Assembly: GCA_000934665.2 (NCBI GenBank)
Contig: JYFJ02004006.1
Location: 1 to 35,583, forward strand
DNA length: 35,583 bases
Direction: 5' to 3'
Source: Catajapyx aquilonaris
Taxonomy: Eukaryota
The translations under genes and the position numbers were made by a program. The notes under the pieces are model-generated. The model was not told the origin of the DNA. It did no database searches and saw only the letters and a list, made by a program, of their open reading frames with translations. Of this stretch, positions 1 to 12,000 are shown in pieces; position 1 is the first letter of the stretch; each line of letters opens with the position of its first letter.

Positions 1-1
1 T

Positions 2-493
2 CCTCCTTGCACCACCTGTGAGAGGGCCTGCAACATTGAAGAACTTCCGTGTAATCGAACTCCGGTGTGCACGTACCTCGCGCCGTGCATCATATGCAAC
101 AGACCAGGCTATGAGAATGTGCCGTGCTCTAGTATCGTGCGACCCGACCGCCCATGCCTCATCGACGAGTTGCCATGTGAGCTGGAGAAGGTTTGCGGGC
201 ACTTGGAAGAAGTACCTTGTGTGGAATGCGACTGGCCGGGATTGCCAGACTGTGATCAAGTAAAGATTCCGGATCGGCCATGCAAGCCCAGAGAGTTGCC
301 TTGCCGGAAGAGGGGAGTGCCTGACAGCCTGGTTAACGCCACGGTATCCAGATACAACTATGTCCAGACCATGAGGCCCAAGCGGTATGCCCCGTACGTC
401 ACGGTCCAGGATCCGAGGAGTGCCACTGGACGGATGTGTTGGGACACTGCCTTGACGTTGGCCTCTATTGCTTTCCATCATCTGCTGAAGTGA
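2..493 (+). CDS. 3' part (open at window edge) of a Cys-rich repeat protein of unknown family, possibly secreted or membrane-anchored
   Basis: Frame open from base 2 to TGA 491-493: PPCTTCE-RACNIEELPC...RPD-RPCLIDELPC...IPD-RPCKPRELPC-RKRG...WDTALTLASIAFHHLLK*. Two exact-length 42-aa units start at 23 and 149, a partial third at 275. GC-rich coding composition followed by an AT-rich UTR with AATAAA at 1130-1135. Confidence 0.75.
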   Translation, partial: PPCTTCERACNIEELPCNRTPVCTYLAPCIICNRPGYENVPCSSIVRPDRPCLIDELPCELEKVCGHLEEVPCVECDWPGLPDCDQVKIPDRPCKPRELPCRKRGVPDSLVNATVSRYNYVQTMRPKRYAPYVTVQDPRSATGRMCWDTALTLASIAFHHLLK

Positions 494-1615
494 CGACGGA
501 GCAGTCATCCAAACACCCAAGTATCACATAAGTTCCTACTTGTCAGCCAATTAAGCTTGTGATCCTTGTGTTAACCATTGAAACCTTCATTTTAAGTAAT
601 TGCGCCATGCAGTGCATACCGTAACTATCTAAAGATTTCAAAATACCCGTTTGCCGAGTGGAGACGAATTCAGTTGTTCAGTGAGATTAGCAAGCATTTT
701 GTTACATTGTGCACTAGTGTATGTGTTTAATCAATAATAGTCTAGATTAGTTAGCATCTCTGCCCATTTTTGTGTGTGCAATTTATCTGAAGTGATAAGC
801 ACGTCACAGTGTACAGTGTACTGTGAGCAAACCCCTGTATTCCCTTGGTCTGATTACAAAAGGCAACAACTAGCTATAGCCTCATGATCACAATGTAATC
901 CAGTGTCTTAATTACAGCTTAATTACCTCTCTTTTATATATCTAGAAAATTGAATGGTTGATAGTTGGGCAGGTGTTAAATGGATGTTGCTGAGATAATG
1001 CGTTTTTAGACCCTAACTGTCTGGTAATAAATTATAATCATCTTGTCTTAATCTTGGCTTTGATGCCGTGATGAAAGCCCTGCCAGCAGATTTTTTCTGA
1101 ACTTTTCGTTGGGAGTTGTATCCTCATGTAATAAAATTTGACCATTCAATCTTAACGAAGAACACTACTTATTTGAACCTTGGCCACATTCTTTGATCCA
1201 GAACAAAATATGCCTACAGGAAATATTACGTCACTGAATATCCACACACCTTACTTACAAGTGCGAACCACGCCACTGATTCACTCCACTTTCTGGTGAG
1301 TTGTTTGGAGCAATTTTTCCTCTGATACCAGCGTGGCCAATTGACACACTTTTTGTAGGTATCAGTTTGGTTACAATTCACTTGTAGACGTCGTATCCAG
1401 GTTGTGTTACGCGATGGAGGTCAGTTGGAGATCGCTTACTCAATGCAATGATTGTATGTACTGTAAGGGGGAAACAATATTCTCCTGACTTTATTGGCAT
1501 TCCGTGGTTTCCGTTGACAACATGCATGTACAGCTTCAAGTCTAACACAGCACTTTAACCGCAACATGCGAAACGGCTGAATATTTTTCTAAAGCTTCAA
1601 ATGATTACTCTTTGT

Positions 1616-4482
1616 TTATGGAAGAAACATGTGTTTTGGAGGGGGAATGTACACTTCAACTTCAGTTTCAGCTGATTCCTCAATTTGCTTTTCACCTTCC
1701 TTCCTCCATTCCTGTAAATACACACCGAAATTAGTTCAGATTCATCCATATAAAGACAGGCTGCCCAAACATATGGCTCCTTCTCGGAACCAATTGGCTT
1801 GAAATGTTCGAGACGTATGTAAACGTATACCATAATTTTTTCTAGAGTGAAGAGCACAATGGAGAGGATCATTCCGGTGGCAAGTATGACGCAAGGTGCG
1901 AGGACTTTCACAGCCGAGAAAGCTTCCACAGGCTGGTTCACTCCTCCGCATGAAAAGCTTCTCAACTTATTCCAACGACTTTTTAGAGCATCCAGTACGC
2001 CAGTAGTGTGCATCTTTAGGAGGCTGGAAAATAATAACGTTGGCCCAGATTGACTTAGCTGCGGATTTTTCCTTTGAAAAAAAAAACTCACTGGTAATTC
2101 ATGAGCCTGAGGTACGGTGAGCTATGTTGCAGTCCCATGGCCTGGTTGTCTGTGAAGTAAGACCCTGGGATGTGCGACACCAGACAGGCCCAGTCCAGGT
2201 GTATGTTGAACACATTGTTGACCGTCAGTTGATTGGCCAACGCAGCGTGGTTCTCTATAGTGGCCAGCTCTGCCCCTCCATTTAAATCCTCGTAAGTGCA
2301 CTCGTCCGTAAGTATCTTCTTATTCATCTCTCGGTACACTTCCATCGGATCATTTTTCTGTTTAAAATGTGCATTAGTGACTATCATAGTGTTTAAACCA
2401 GAGTTTGTTACCGTAAACAGAGTAGAGAGCATCCAAGGGTGAGCGCATAGCTTCCAGTCATTGCGATGCAGAATTTGCTCCACGTTTTGAAAAGGAAGGG
2501 TCAACTCTCGAACGGTCAGATACGAAGTGAAGAGAGCTCCGTAGCACCAGTACGAGAAGAGGAAAAGGAAGCTGCCGAACCAGACCACAAGACGTCCGCT
2601 GACACACGGTGGATGATCCTCCGATTCTGACAAACCGGAAAAGGTAACCATTTAACCTATTTTAGTCACGCTGAATCCGAAAAACCGTTTGTTGTTTAGG
2701 TCCTGATACCTGTCCACAGACAGACGGACAGCCATTACATGACTTTTTTTTTTTTTTGCAGAGAAAATGTCTGAAATGGGACCCGCTATATACTTACGCA
2801 CTCCTTTTTGACAAACGGCTGAGAAGACAATCCAGAACTGGTCCTTCAACAATGGATCCAATTGTCTGCAAGTCATGCGAGTGGTGAAGTACAGAACCAG
2901 GGATACCACAATTATGGAGATGCCCAGGGATGTCCACATGTTCCAGTGGAAAGGCATGACTGCTGCTCTCCACCAAGAGGAGCCCGAGCTGCCTGGTTCA
3001 CTCCACTGAAGATATATGTAAATACTGGAAATAATTTAAACTCGTGATAAGAACCACATGGAAAATTCACAGGAATTTCCTACCCGTCGATTAGGAGCGG
3101 AGTTGTGAAATCTATGGCCGTTTGACGTACAGATGTGATGGAGAAAGGTCCCACGATCATGTCGTATGACCCGTTGACCAACCCTTTTATCATTCCCACC
3201 CATGTACGACCATCCACTGCCAACTGTCCGTAGATTTTATCCAGCTCAGAGATACCCAAAGAGTACCTGCATTTGAGGTAATGTACTCAACATTTTTTTC
3301 ATGACTTACAAAAAGTGCTTACTTGAAGTTGAGGTTCTTTCGCAGCGAGTGGAATATTTCCTCGTAGTATCCCCTCTCACCAATTTCCAGTCTGTTGCCT
3401 GAAGGATTGGCAACGAGAATGTTTTCTTTCTGAGAGAAGAAAGGTGCACACTTCCTGATAGTCTGCAGTGTGTATGTTAATTTAATAATCTTTAGAAACC
3501 ATCACATTACTGCCTGATTTATTGACCCCCCTGCGCACAGTACTTACATCAACCATTACTTTCAGTGTGTGTCCTTCGAGATGCTTCCTCCTGACCCACA
3601 GCATGGGCATGGGTTGCATCACAAACTGCTGCGACACTCTCTGAGCACGTTGATTCCACACTCCAACGTCATCTCGTCGAAGACTGGACTTTGTGTCGAT
3701 CCGATAGACTTCTTCAAGTTTGGCGTCTCCGTTGGACTGGATCGTCGCAACTGTCACATTGCTGTCGGAAAAGGCTGTCGACTTGCCCATTGTGACAGTG
3801 GTCAGCTGCTCGTAGTTCTCCTGTGGGATCACTATTAGCCAGCGATTTCCAGCACCGAATGGCTGCGAGTTGTCCAGTTCAGTCTAAAGGTCAGATATAC
3901 TTTTTTTTAAATTTAAATTTCATCCCCCAAGAAAATGTTTCGCTGCAAATGTCGTAGACCAATTTGTATAAATTTATGTGGATGATAATATCTGTATAAA
4001 AATTAAATTATTGGAAAATTCCGGGGCTATCGAGTTCAGATATTGAGATATTTTTTGGGGGGACTTACACAAAATGTTAACCATACCTTGAAGGATGTGA
4101 GAGTTTCTTTAGACGGCGCAAAGAGTGTCGATCGTGCGTTGGGATTGAAGCGATTGTTGAGGTGAAGATCATTGTCTTGGGTAAGAGAGCTCACTGTTTG
4201 GACCCGGATATTCACGACATCTAGGATCTCTTGAACGAGCTCTAGGATGTCATCTGCTTCGTCATGTATGTATGTCTCTGTCGGGAACAAATGTATATGA
4301 AAAATGACGTGCACAAATAATGTGTAGTACTCACTGTTCTTTGGCTTCAGAGTAAGTATTTGAAGATCGTTCACTTTAAAACGCTTGCAAAAAGCAACCA
4401 CAAATTTGCTCCAGTCGGACAATCCCATGCTGGTGCCTAATAACATGACCAGCACCAGCATTAACGAATGATTCGGCTTCAT
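1616..4482 (-). CDS. Divergent ionotropic receptor (variant iGluR chemosensory receptor), copy 1, about 10 exons
   Basis: Signal peptide MKPNHSLMLVLVMLLGTSMG. S1 lobe TWVGMIKGLVNGSYDMIVGPFSITSVRQTAIDFTTP with the conserved Arg. M1 MPFHWNMWTSLGISIIVVSLVLYF, pore FWIVFSAVCQKG, M3 SGRLVVWFGSFLFLFSYWCYGALFTSYLTV, M4 AFSAVKVLAPCVILATGMILSIVLFTLE. Last exon 1711-1616 (EWRKEG...YIPPPKHMFLP*) inferred from a GTATAC donor shared with copy 2 and a homologous PPKH tail. Confidence 0.9.
2632..2730. repeat. Interspersed repeat, DINE-1/Helentron-associated-like, in an IR copy 1 intron
   Basis: GCTGAATCCGAAAAACCGTTTGTT...TTTAGGTCCTGATACCTGTCCACAGACAGACGGACAG matches 24263-24348; the (GACA/GACG)n tract is typical of HINE/DINE-type elements. 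Confidence 0.6.
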
Positions 4483-4575
4483 TGTGCCCTCCTCTTAGTG
4501 TCTCTCCGACACATTTGTGATTCCTTTCGATACTAAAATGAATCACCAAACTTATTCTTAAAAAAAAGTGACGCA

Positions 4576-4641
4576 AATCCTCAGAACTCTGTGGTTGACA
4601 AATCAATGGTTACTTAGCAGAGACCTGACGCCAATCGCATC
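4576..4641 (-). promoter_or_regulatory. Conserved upstream block of IR copy 1
   Basis: AATCCTCAGAA (4576), AATCAATGGTT (4601) and TCGCATC recur in the same order upstream of IR copy 2. Confidence 0.5.
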
Positions 4642-5586
4642 GTTTGTTATTTTATTGACGGAGACAGAGGGTTCCCAGAATAGCTTAATCCCCCCCAGTC
4701 GAATAATTACAGTATTTGCTCTACCATTAGGCAATGGACAGGTTAGGCTAATTGGACAATTCTTGCATGCTGAAATACCCATTACGAAACTTTATGGTAC
4801 ACGCAAAGATCGTTAGGAGTCGTAAAGATAACGAGTAATTAGTCCGCGAGACTTCTTAATATAGGATTGGTGCTTTGATTAACTATTATAATAATAGGGT
4901 AGATATTTCCATTTTAATTCATTTGCATTTCACACTCAGCATTTCTCATTTTCATAGTTTTGCATTACTTACTTTTTTTTCATCATTTTGTAAGTTAATG
5001 GACAAAATGTGATATTTGAAAAGTGCTGTGGACAAATGTACTGTTCGCAAAATTAAAAAGGCTTCTCAATTTTGCTTACAAATTAAATTGCAATAAACAA
5101 TTCACTGTCCGACTGTCCGACTGGATTGCAAATTAAATTGCAATCATTATTAGAAATTACAAATTAATAAAGAGGTAATAATGTGGCCTCTTTCGTAAAG
5201 ATGTGGAGGAAAATTGTCAATTTTTCCATTTATTTACTGAGCGGGTAGGTAGAAACCAATTGCCCAATTTCCAACACAAAATGTTGCCTACGCTACAAGT
5301 AAAATCAATGTCTCCATTGGTGACACTTTAGGCCTTGATTATTTTCCAGGAGATTTTTCTTACGTAATGATCTCATGCTATCTTGGGACATGCAATAATA
5401 ATTGGATAGTGCTTAGAATATTATAATCACAAATCGATTGGGAGCATCTGTAAAACTGAGAAAACATTTACTTCATGCCACTTTATTAGTGCCAACATTC
5501 AACATAAAAGCCATAAAACAAAAATACATGCAGGGTACAGAGCATGTACAGAGAGCATGATTTCAAGTTGTGCGCATGCAGATATT

Positions 5587-8299
5587 TTAGAAAAGCACTT
5601 CGTGCTTCGGAGGAGCAAAGTAAGGCGCCACAATCTTCCTTATCTCCTCTCGTTGTTTCCGATGCTCGTTCGAGACCTGAAGAGACAAACAGGCACAACT
5701 AATAATAATTGAAGTTGAGAAACTTGTCTGAATAATTTGAATATTATATTATTGAAGTACGTAGTATACCTGGAGGTGTTCTAGAAGGAAGCAGATGACT
5801 GCAAGGACTATTCCTCCTGCCAGGATGATACAAGGGGCCAACACCTTGATTGCCGAAAATGCTTCCACTGGTTCGCTTATCCCTCCGCACGAGTAAGGTT
5901 TCACTCGATTCCAGCGATTCTCCAGGGCGTCCAAAACACCCGTGGTCTGCATCTTCAAAAGCCTGTGGAAAAAATATATTACAATAGTGTGAATGGACTG
6001 AGCAAATGACGGATATACTTACTGATAATTGATGATTGCAAGGTATGGCGTTCCTTTGGGGAATCCCATCGCTTGGTTGTCAGTGAAGTAATCAATCGGG
6101 ATGTACGATATTTGACAGGCATATTCAAGCTTCACGTTGAAAACCCTGTTTATTGCCAACACGTTTGCCAACACAGCACGTCTACTCTTTAGAGCATATG
6201 GGACTGCTTCATCCTCTTTTTCATATATGCAATTCTGGTTGGTGATTTTGTCGTTCATCTCTCTGACCACTTCATTCGGATCTTCTTTCTGGAAAATAAT
6301 ATGTTGTTTTATTTTAGCTTTTTAAAACTTTGTGACAAAATTTTTGTTATATATATATTTTTAAAGTTGAGTCTTAATGATTACCGTAAAAAGCAGAGAA
6401 GTCATCCAGGGCATGGCGCACAACTTCCAGTCCTCTCGAGGCAAAATTTCTTCAACACTTTGAAAAGGTATTGTCAGCTCTCTGACGGTCAGAAACGAGG
6501 TAAACAAAGCTCCGTAACACCAATAAGCAAACACGAAGAAGAAAGTACCGAACCACATGACCAAACGGCCACTGACGTAAATTGGTGTGTCCTCCGGCTC
6601 TGAAAATGAAGGGCAGACATTGAACACTGATGGTCTGAGCTATGTACAACATGAACTAATTAATATTAATTCTCTCATTTATTTGTAACAATGATTTGTG
6701 TAATAATGACTTACCAACTCCTTTCTGACATAGTGCTGAGAAGAAGATCCAGAATTGGTCCGAGAAAGGAGCGGTCGTATCCTCTGTGCACACGAATCTG
6801 TTTGTGAAATACATGATGATCGAGATCAAAGGCATTGCGATGACAAGGGACGTCCAGGTGTCCCAATTGAAGGGCATAACCACAGCCCGCCACCAGGAGG
6901 ATCCGCTTCCACCAGTTTCGCTCCAACGAAGAAATATTTTGATACTGGCAATGAAAATTACAAATTAGCATTAATTATAATTAATTCCCATCAGCATTAC
7001 ATACCCATCAATGAGAGATGGAGTCGAGTAGTCGATGACATCTTGACGACTTGTGGTGATGGAAAAAGGACCAACCAGTACATCGTACGATCCGTTAAGC
7101 AATCCGCTTACCATTCCTATCCAAGTCCTCTTGTCTTTTGCAATCTCTCCGTACACCTGTTCCAGTTCGGACACTTTCACAGTGTATCTGATTGAAGAGA
7201 AAAAAAAAACTGGTCATGAAGGTCTTCACAAAAATTGTGCATATATAGTTCAAGACATTAATGTTAGTTCAACTTATACATACAATGGTATATAATACTT
7301 ACGTAAAGTTGAGTATTGTTTGTAGAGTGACGAACACTTCGGCGTGAAAGCCTAGTCCTACTTCTATCCCTTTTCCAGAGAAATTTCCAGACATTGTGTC
7401 GATTTGCTGGAAAAGTTGAATAAAAAGAGTAAAATATTACTCCGTTTTTCTGTTCAATGACATGTTGTGATGACAATATTATTAACTAATCCTACGTCTA
7501 TGATTATTCTGAGCCGATGCCCTCCAAGATCGCGTCTTCTGTCAAAGATCATGGGCAGCTGTTTGACGTCGAATGGATCCATTCCAAATTGAGGGTGTCT
7601 GTTCCAAAATCCCAGAAGTTTCTCTCCCTTAATCAGAGGCGTGTTCTTGTCAATCCTGTACACCTCTTGAAGCGTGGCGTCTCCGTCGTCTTGCATCGCC
7701 GCCACTGTGATGTCGCTGTCGGTGAAAGCAGGTGACTTTGCCATCGCGTCGGTCATCAGGTAGTCGAAATCATTCTCGGGAATTACAATCAACCAACGGT
7801 TACCGGCTCCAAATGTCTTCGTCTTGTTTCCCTGAGCCTGGAAATAATATTGTCACGTGTTATTAATTATAATTATATGTGTGCAAATACCACTGTACAC
7901 CTTGATTGACGCCAGTGTTTCTCTAGACGGCGCCATCAAAACTGACTGGGCGTTAGGGTTGTACTGATTGTTGAGCAGCCTCTCATTGTTGTTGTTGAGA
8001 GAGCTGACCGTCTGAACACGGATGTGTAGGATGTCCAGGATCTCTTGGACCAACTCCAGCACTTCCGCGTTATCCGTTGCTGTTGTGACGAACGACACAT
8101 TTTGACAGGAACATTTTGGCAAACGCTTCTTATACAATGACAACTTACTGTTCTTCGACTTGACTGTCAGGATTTGCAGGTCTCTCACTGCGAACCGTTT
8201 GCAGTAGGAGACGACGAATCTGCTCCAGTCGGACATACCAACACTCATGCTGACCATCACTAGCATCACCAGAAGCACCGAAATGTGATAAGTCTTCAT
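5587..8299 (-). CDS. Divergent ionotropic receptor, copy 2 (tandem paralog of copy 1)
   Basis: MKTYHISVLLVMLVMVSMSVGMSDWSRFVV; S1 TWIGMVSGLLNGSYDVLVGPFSITTSRQDVIDYSTP; pore FWIFFSALCQKG; M3 YWCYGALFTSFLTV; M4 AFSAIKVLAPCIILAGGIVLAVICFLLE; final exon VSNEH...PYFAPPKHEVLF* (stop 5587-5589). Intron positions match copy 1. Confidence 0.9.
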
Positions 8300-8398
8300 A
8301 AGTGACTCACCTTATTTTGGTTCATTCCGTTTGATTTACACTCAGTTGATATTGTGTTGCAAGAAGAGAATCTCTGGCAGCGGAATATATTTTGAAGG

Positions 8399-8479
8399 AA
8401 TCCTTAGAAACCACTCACAGTGAGGCAATCAATGGTTTCCAAAGTCACTGTGGTTGTGTGACATTAGCCGCGTCGCATC
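8399..8479 (-). promoter_or_regulatory. Conserved upstream block of IR copy 2
   Basis: AATCCTTAGAA (8399), AATCAATGGTT (8427) and TCGCATC at a similar distance from the ATG as in copy 1. Confidence 0.5.
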
Positions 8480-9054
8480 TGACATAGCGTGATTCACCTG
8501 ATAAAGATCATGGCGCAATTATTGAGACACCTTCTGGAATATTGACCCACGAACAAGTACTGTACAGTGTTTCTTTCGCACTCTCTGCTTCGTTCAAGAG
8601 AAACATTAATCAATTTGTTGCATCGAGTCGTCAAGGCAGCTGTCAGATGAATCACGCCATCATCTAGTAGCTGTACTGCGCAATTAAAAAGCGAAATAAA
8701 AATACCACACGGCCATTTTTCGATATCAAGCGACAGGTCGAGGTGACGGGAGAGACGACCAGGGATGTTTATCCGCCGCAAGTCATCTAGCAAAGTCCTT
8801 CCCCTATTGCGCGTAAGCAGAACGGGGACCAATCGGAAGCCTTGGTCATACAACGTGTTGTGTGAAGGGGCCAATCGGAAGGGTCGCGGTAAAAAATATT
8901 CGGCGGACTTATACAACTAACAGCGAATGTTTTCAATATTATAGATAATTATTATCGGAGACTCCAGTGTGTTTTCAGAAACGACACACATTGGTTGAAT
9001 GTTTGACAGCATATAACTCCTTTATTATTGCCAACTCAACAAAGATGTTGTTTT

Positions 9055-12000
9055 TCAAGCATTGACATGAATTGATATGAAGTCCCGGTACCGCAAAACA
9101 CGAGTGAAGAACACGTAATGATCCGGATCGCAAACGGTGGACACTCCTGAACTAACAATCCCTTGCAACACGAATCTGGGCTTGTTGTTGACCATAACTC
9201 TGAAGACCATTCCTCCTCCGCTGTCTCCAGGACACACGGTTTTACCTGCAAAAGACATACGGTGTCAGTTTTTTTTTAATGCAAAATTTGTGAATATGTC
9301 AACAATAATGTACCGTCTTCCTTTCCAGCGCAGTAGACAGTATCAGTTACGCGAGACACAGCAACACTGTCCTTAAAGCTTTCTATGCAAGTGTTGTGTG
9401 AAACCACTGGCATTTCTACTTCCATCAGATCCTGAGACACTTCACCTCTGTCTGTCAGTCCCCATCCCAATATCTGCGAAATAATTTTTTGTATAATTTT
9501 ATGTGCATTTCACATATTGCTTGGTGAGACTAGGGAGCATATACTATACATAAGAGGCGCAAACATTCGATTTCCGCGTCTCTCTGTTTGGGGTGTTGCC
9601 AAGGCTGGCGGCCATTTTGAAGCGGGGGCAACGCCAACGAGGGATAAATAGGGTACAGGCAAAAATAGGGTCCGCCATCTTTGATGGTTTTGCGGCCATG
9701 GCAACTACACGGCAAGAACACGCGCGAATCAAAAATGGCGGACCCTATTTTTGCCTGTACCCTAATTATACCTCGTTGGCGTCGCCCCCACTTCAAAATG
9801 GCCGCTAGCCTTGGCAACGGCCCAAACAGAGAGACGCTGAAATCGAATGTTTGCGCCTCTTATGTATAGTATATGCTCCCTGGTGAGACTTACAGTCCCT
9901 TTCTTGCCGTGTATTGTTGTAAAATCAACTTCACTCGTTCCTAGCACTCCAGGATAACATGCTGGACGAACGTGGCTTGTTATGTGCACAGGTTCTTTCA
10001 GTACGACAAGAGCAATGTCAGGTTCTAGTATCCTCCAGTTGTACCTCGGAGATATGATTAGTTCTTCAGGCTGAAATTACAAACAATTGTCCCTATACCA
10101 CTTCCTTGTACACTACATTATACTGTACAGTACCTCTAGATACTGGACAAACTCTTCGTTCTCATCAATGTCTATGTACATCTTTCCAAAGCCAAGTCTC
10201 ATACTGGCCGGATCCCTAGTTTTGGAGCCTTGTTGAGGTATCGTCACACAATGGGCGGCTGCAAAAAATAAGTCCATAGTCATCTGTTAGCTCATCCTTC
10301 AATTTATTTCTTTTTTACCTGTCACCACAACTCTGTCCGACACCAGTGTACCGCCGCAGTGGTACCTCCAAGTACCTCCGGCATTGTTGTAAAGAGCCAC
10401 ATGCCACGGCCATTCGCCTCTGTCCGGAATCTCTCCATTCGACACAAAACTTATGGTCTTTCTAGCATTTTTGACGCCACAAGCTGTAATAATAGTGCGA
10501 ACATTATAGAATTGGCTCTATGCCTCTGTTTGTCCGGCGCCATCTCCATGAGGGATATGGTAGTACTGCGTTGACAATCCATAACCATATAACCTTACTT
10601 GGAATGCAATGAATTTCATTTTGGGTGTCCCATTGTCCATCGCTGCCACAGGTCGAATGGCTTATGGTTATTCCTTTGGGCTCATAAAATTCGGCACATT
10701 GGTAGCTGACGATGGATCCTGGTGCAATTGGTTGATCGCAAGGGATTGTTCTTCCTCTGGCCGATTCACACCTGGTTGCTACACCCGCCTTTGGGATAAC
10801 AGGCAGACAACGATTCTCTTGAGGATGATCTATGAATCCTAACTGAGGTTGCAGATCTGGTGTTGGAGCTGCTGGAGTTGGTTCAGGCACATTTGGCTGA
10901 TAATATTCTGAAAAGAATAATTAATGAATCCATATAATGAAGGAGAAAGTTTGTCGGTATGTCCGTGCTACCTAGCCCACTTCCATGCTACTGAGAGTGC
11001 TGAAACTTGCCTTTCTAAATGTCCAAAATTTATGATTTTTTTTTCTCTATTGTGTCGATGCATGATTTTGAACTTTGGCCTTTGTTAGTATAAATATGGT
11101 TGATTATACCTCCTGGTTGAAGCTTGCATGTGAAATGCCTGTAGAGGTCGCAGGGTTGGGTGATCCAAAAGCTGTGCCATTCGACCTCGACGCAGTTACT
11201 GGTACCGTCTGTTACTGGTTGTCCGTCGTTCCAATGGGTAAAATCCACTGCGGTTCGGTCGCTCCATTCAAACCGGCCTATTAGATCCCAGTTTAATCCT
11301 ATCCACATCCGAAAGTACAGATTTCCTGAAAATTAAACATGAATAATATTATCTCATTGTTATTATTTTTGGGGGAACCTAGCAGATGTAAATCAGGCTC
11401 GTTTGGCTCTTGAAGTGATTAACAGATAATTTTTTTCTGAGCATTTTGTGTAATTGTGATGTGTATAATCTTTTGCTGTTGTACAAAAAGGGTACAATTT
11501 GTCTGACTTACCTACTAAAAACTTGTGTTCATCGTCGCTATGAATACTTGCAAGATCTGCGTTTCTGTGAAGTTTCTTGCAAGTCGACCTGGAATTTGCC
11601 CAAGTGTCCGCAACGTCAGAAAAGTAGTAGCACATTCCATTGAAAGGTACCCAATCGGATGGACACATGGCTGCGTGAAAAGACAACAACTTTGATTTCA
11701 ATAGGAAAATGATTTCATTGAAAATATTGCGCAGACTTTTACCTAAATTTAATCCGCATGCGAATAACTTGCGTTCCTCGCACGAAGTAGTGATCCATTC
11801 ACCAAAGTCGTGCTCGTAATCAGATCCAACCATGTACAACTGTCCACACTTCTGGTTTCCATAATTATTCGGTTCACCTTTCCTCCACTCAGTGAAGTCC
11901 ATTGAAGTTCCGTCGCTCCATTGCCACGATTTGGAGACAGAGTAAAGTCCTACCCAAAGTTGCCATCGCAATTTCTCTGCCAAAAATATTGTAATTAATT

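Noticed and set aside
1200..1475. Exon-like minus-strand segment with good acceptor and donor motifs
   Set aside because: At most about 26 codons before a stop, no recognisable homology, and it lies beyond the likely IR poly(A) signal near 1490.
1597..1830. Read-through C-terminus of IR copy 1 as shown in the ORF track (...HKQRVII*)
   Set aside because: Splicing 1831 to 1711 gives a tail homologous to copy 2 (PPKH), so the longer ORF is probably intron read-through.
8494..8916. 140-aa minus-strand ORF and paired GGG(A)CCAATCGGAAG motifs between IR copy 2 and gene A
   Set aside because: Non-ATG start and no domain features; the CCAAT pair may be regulatory or repeat-derived but has no further support.
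9510..9869. ORFs such as MPRLAAILK... on both strands, repeated at 29232-29639
   Set aside because: By-products of the palindromic MITE; no transposase motifs.
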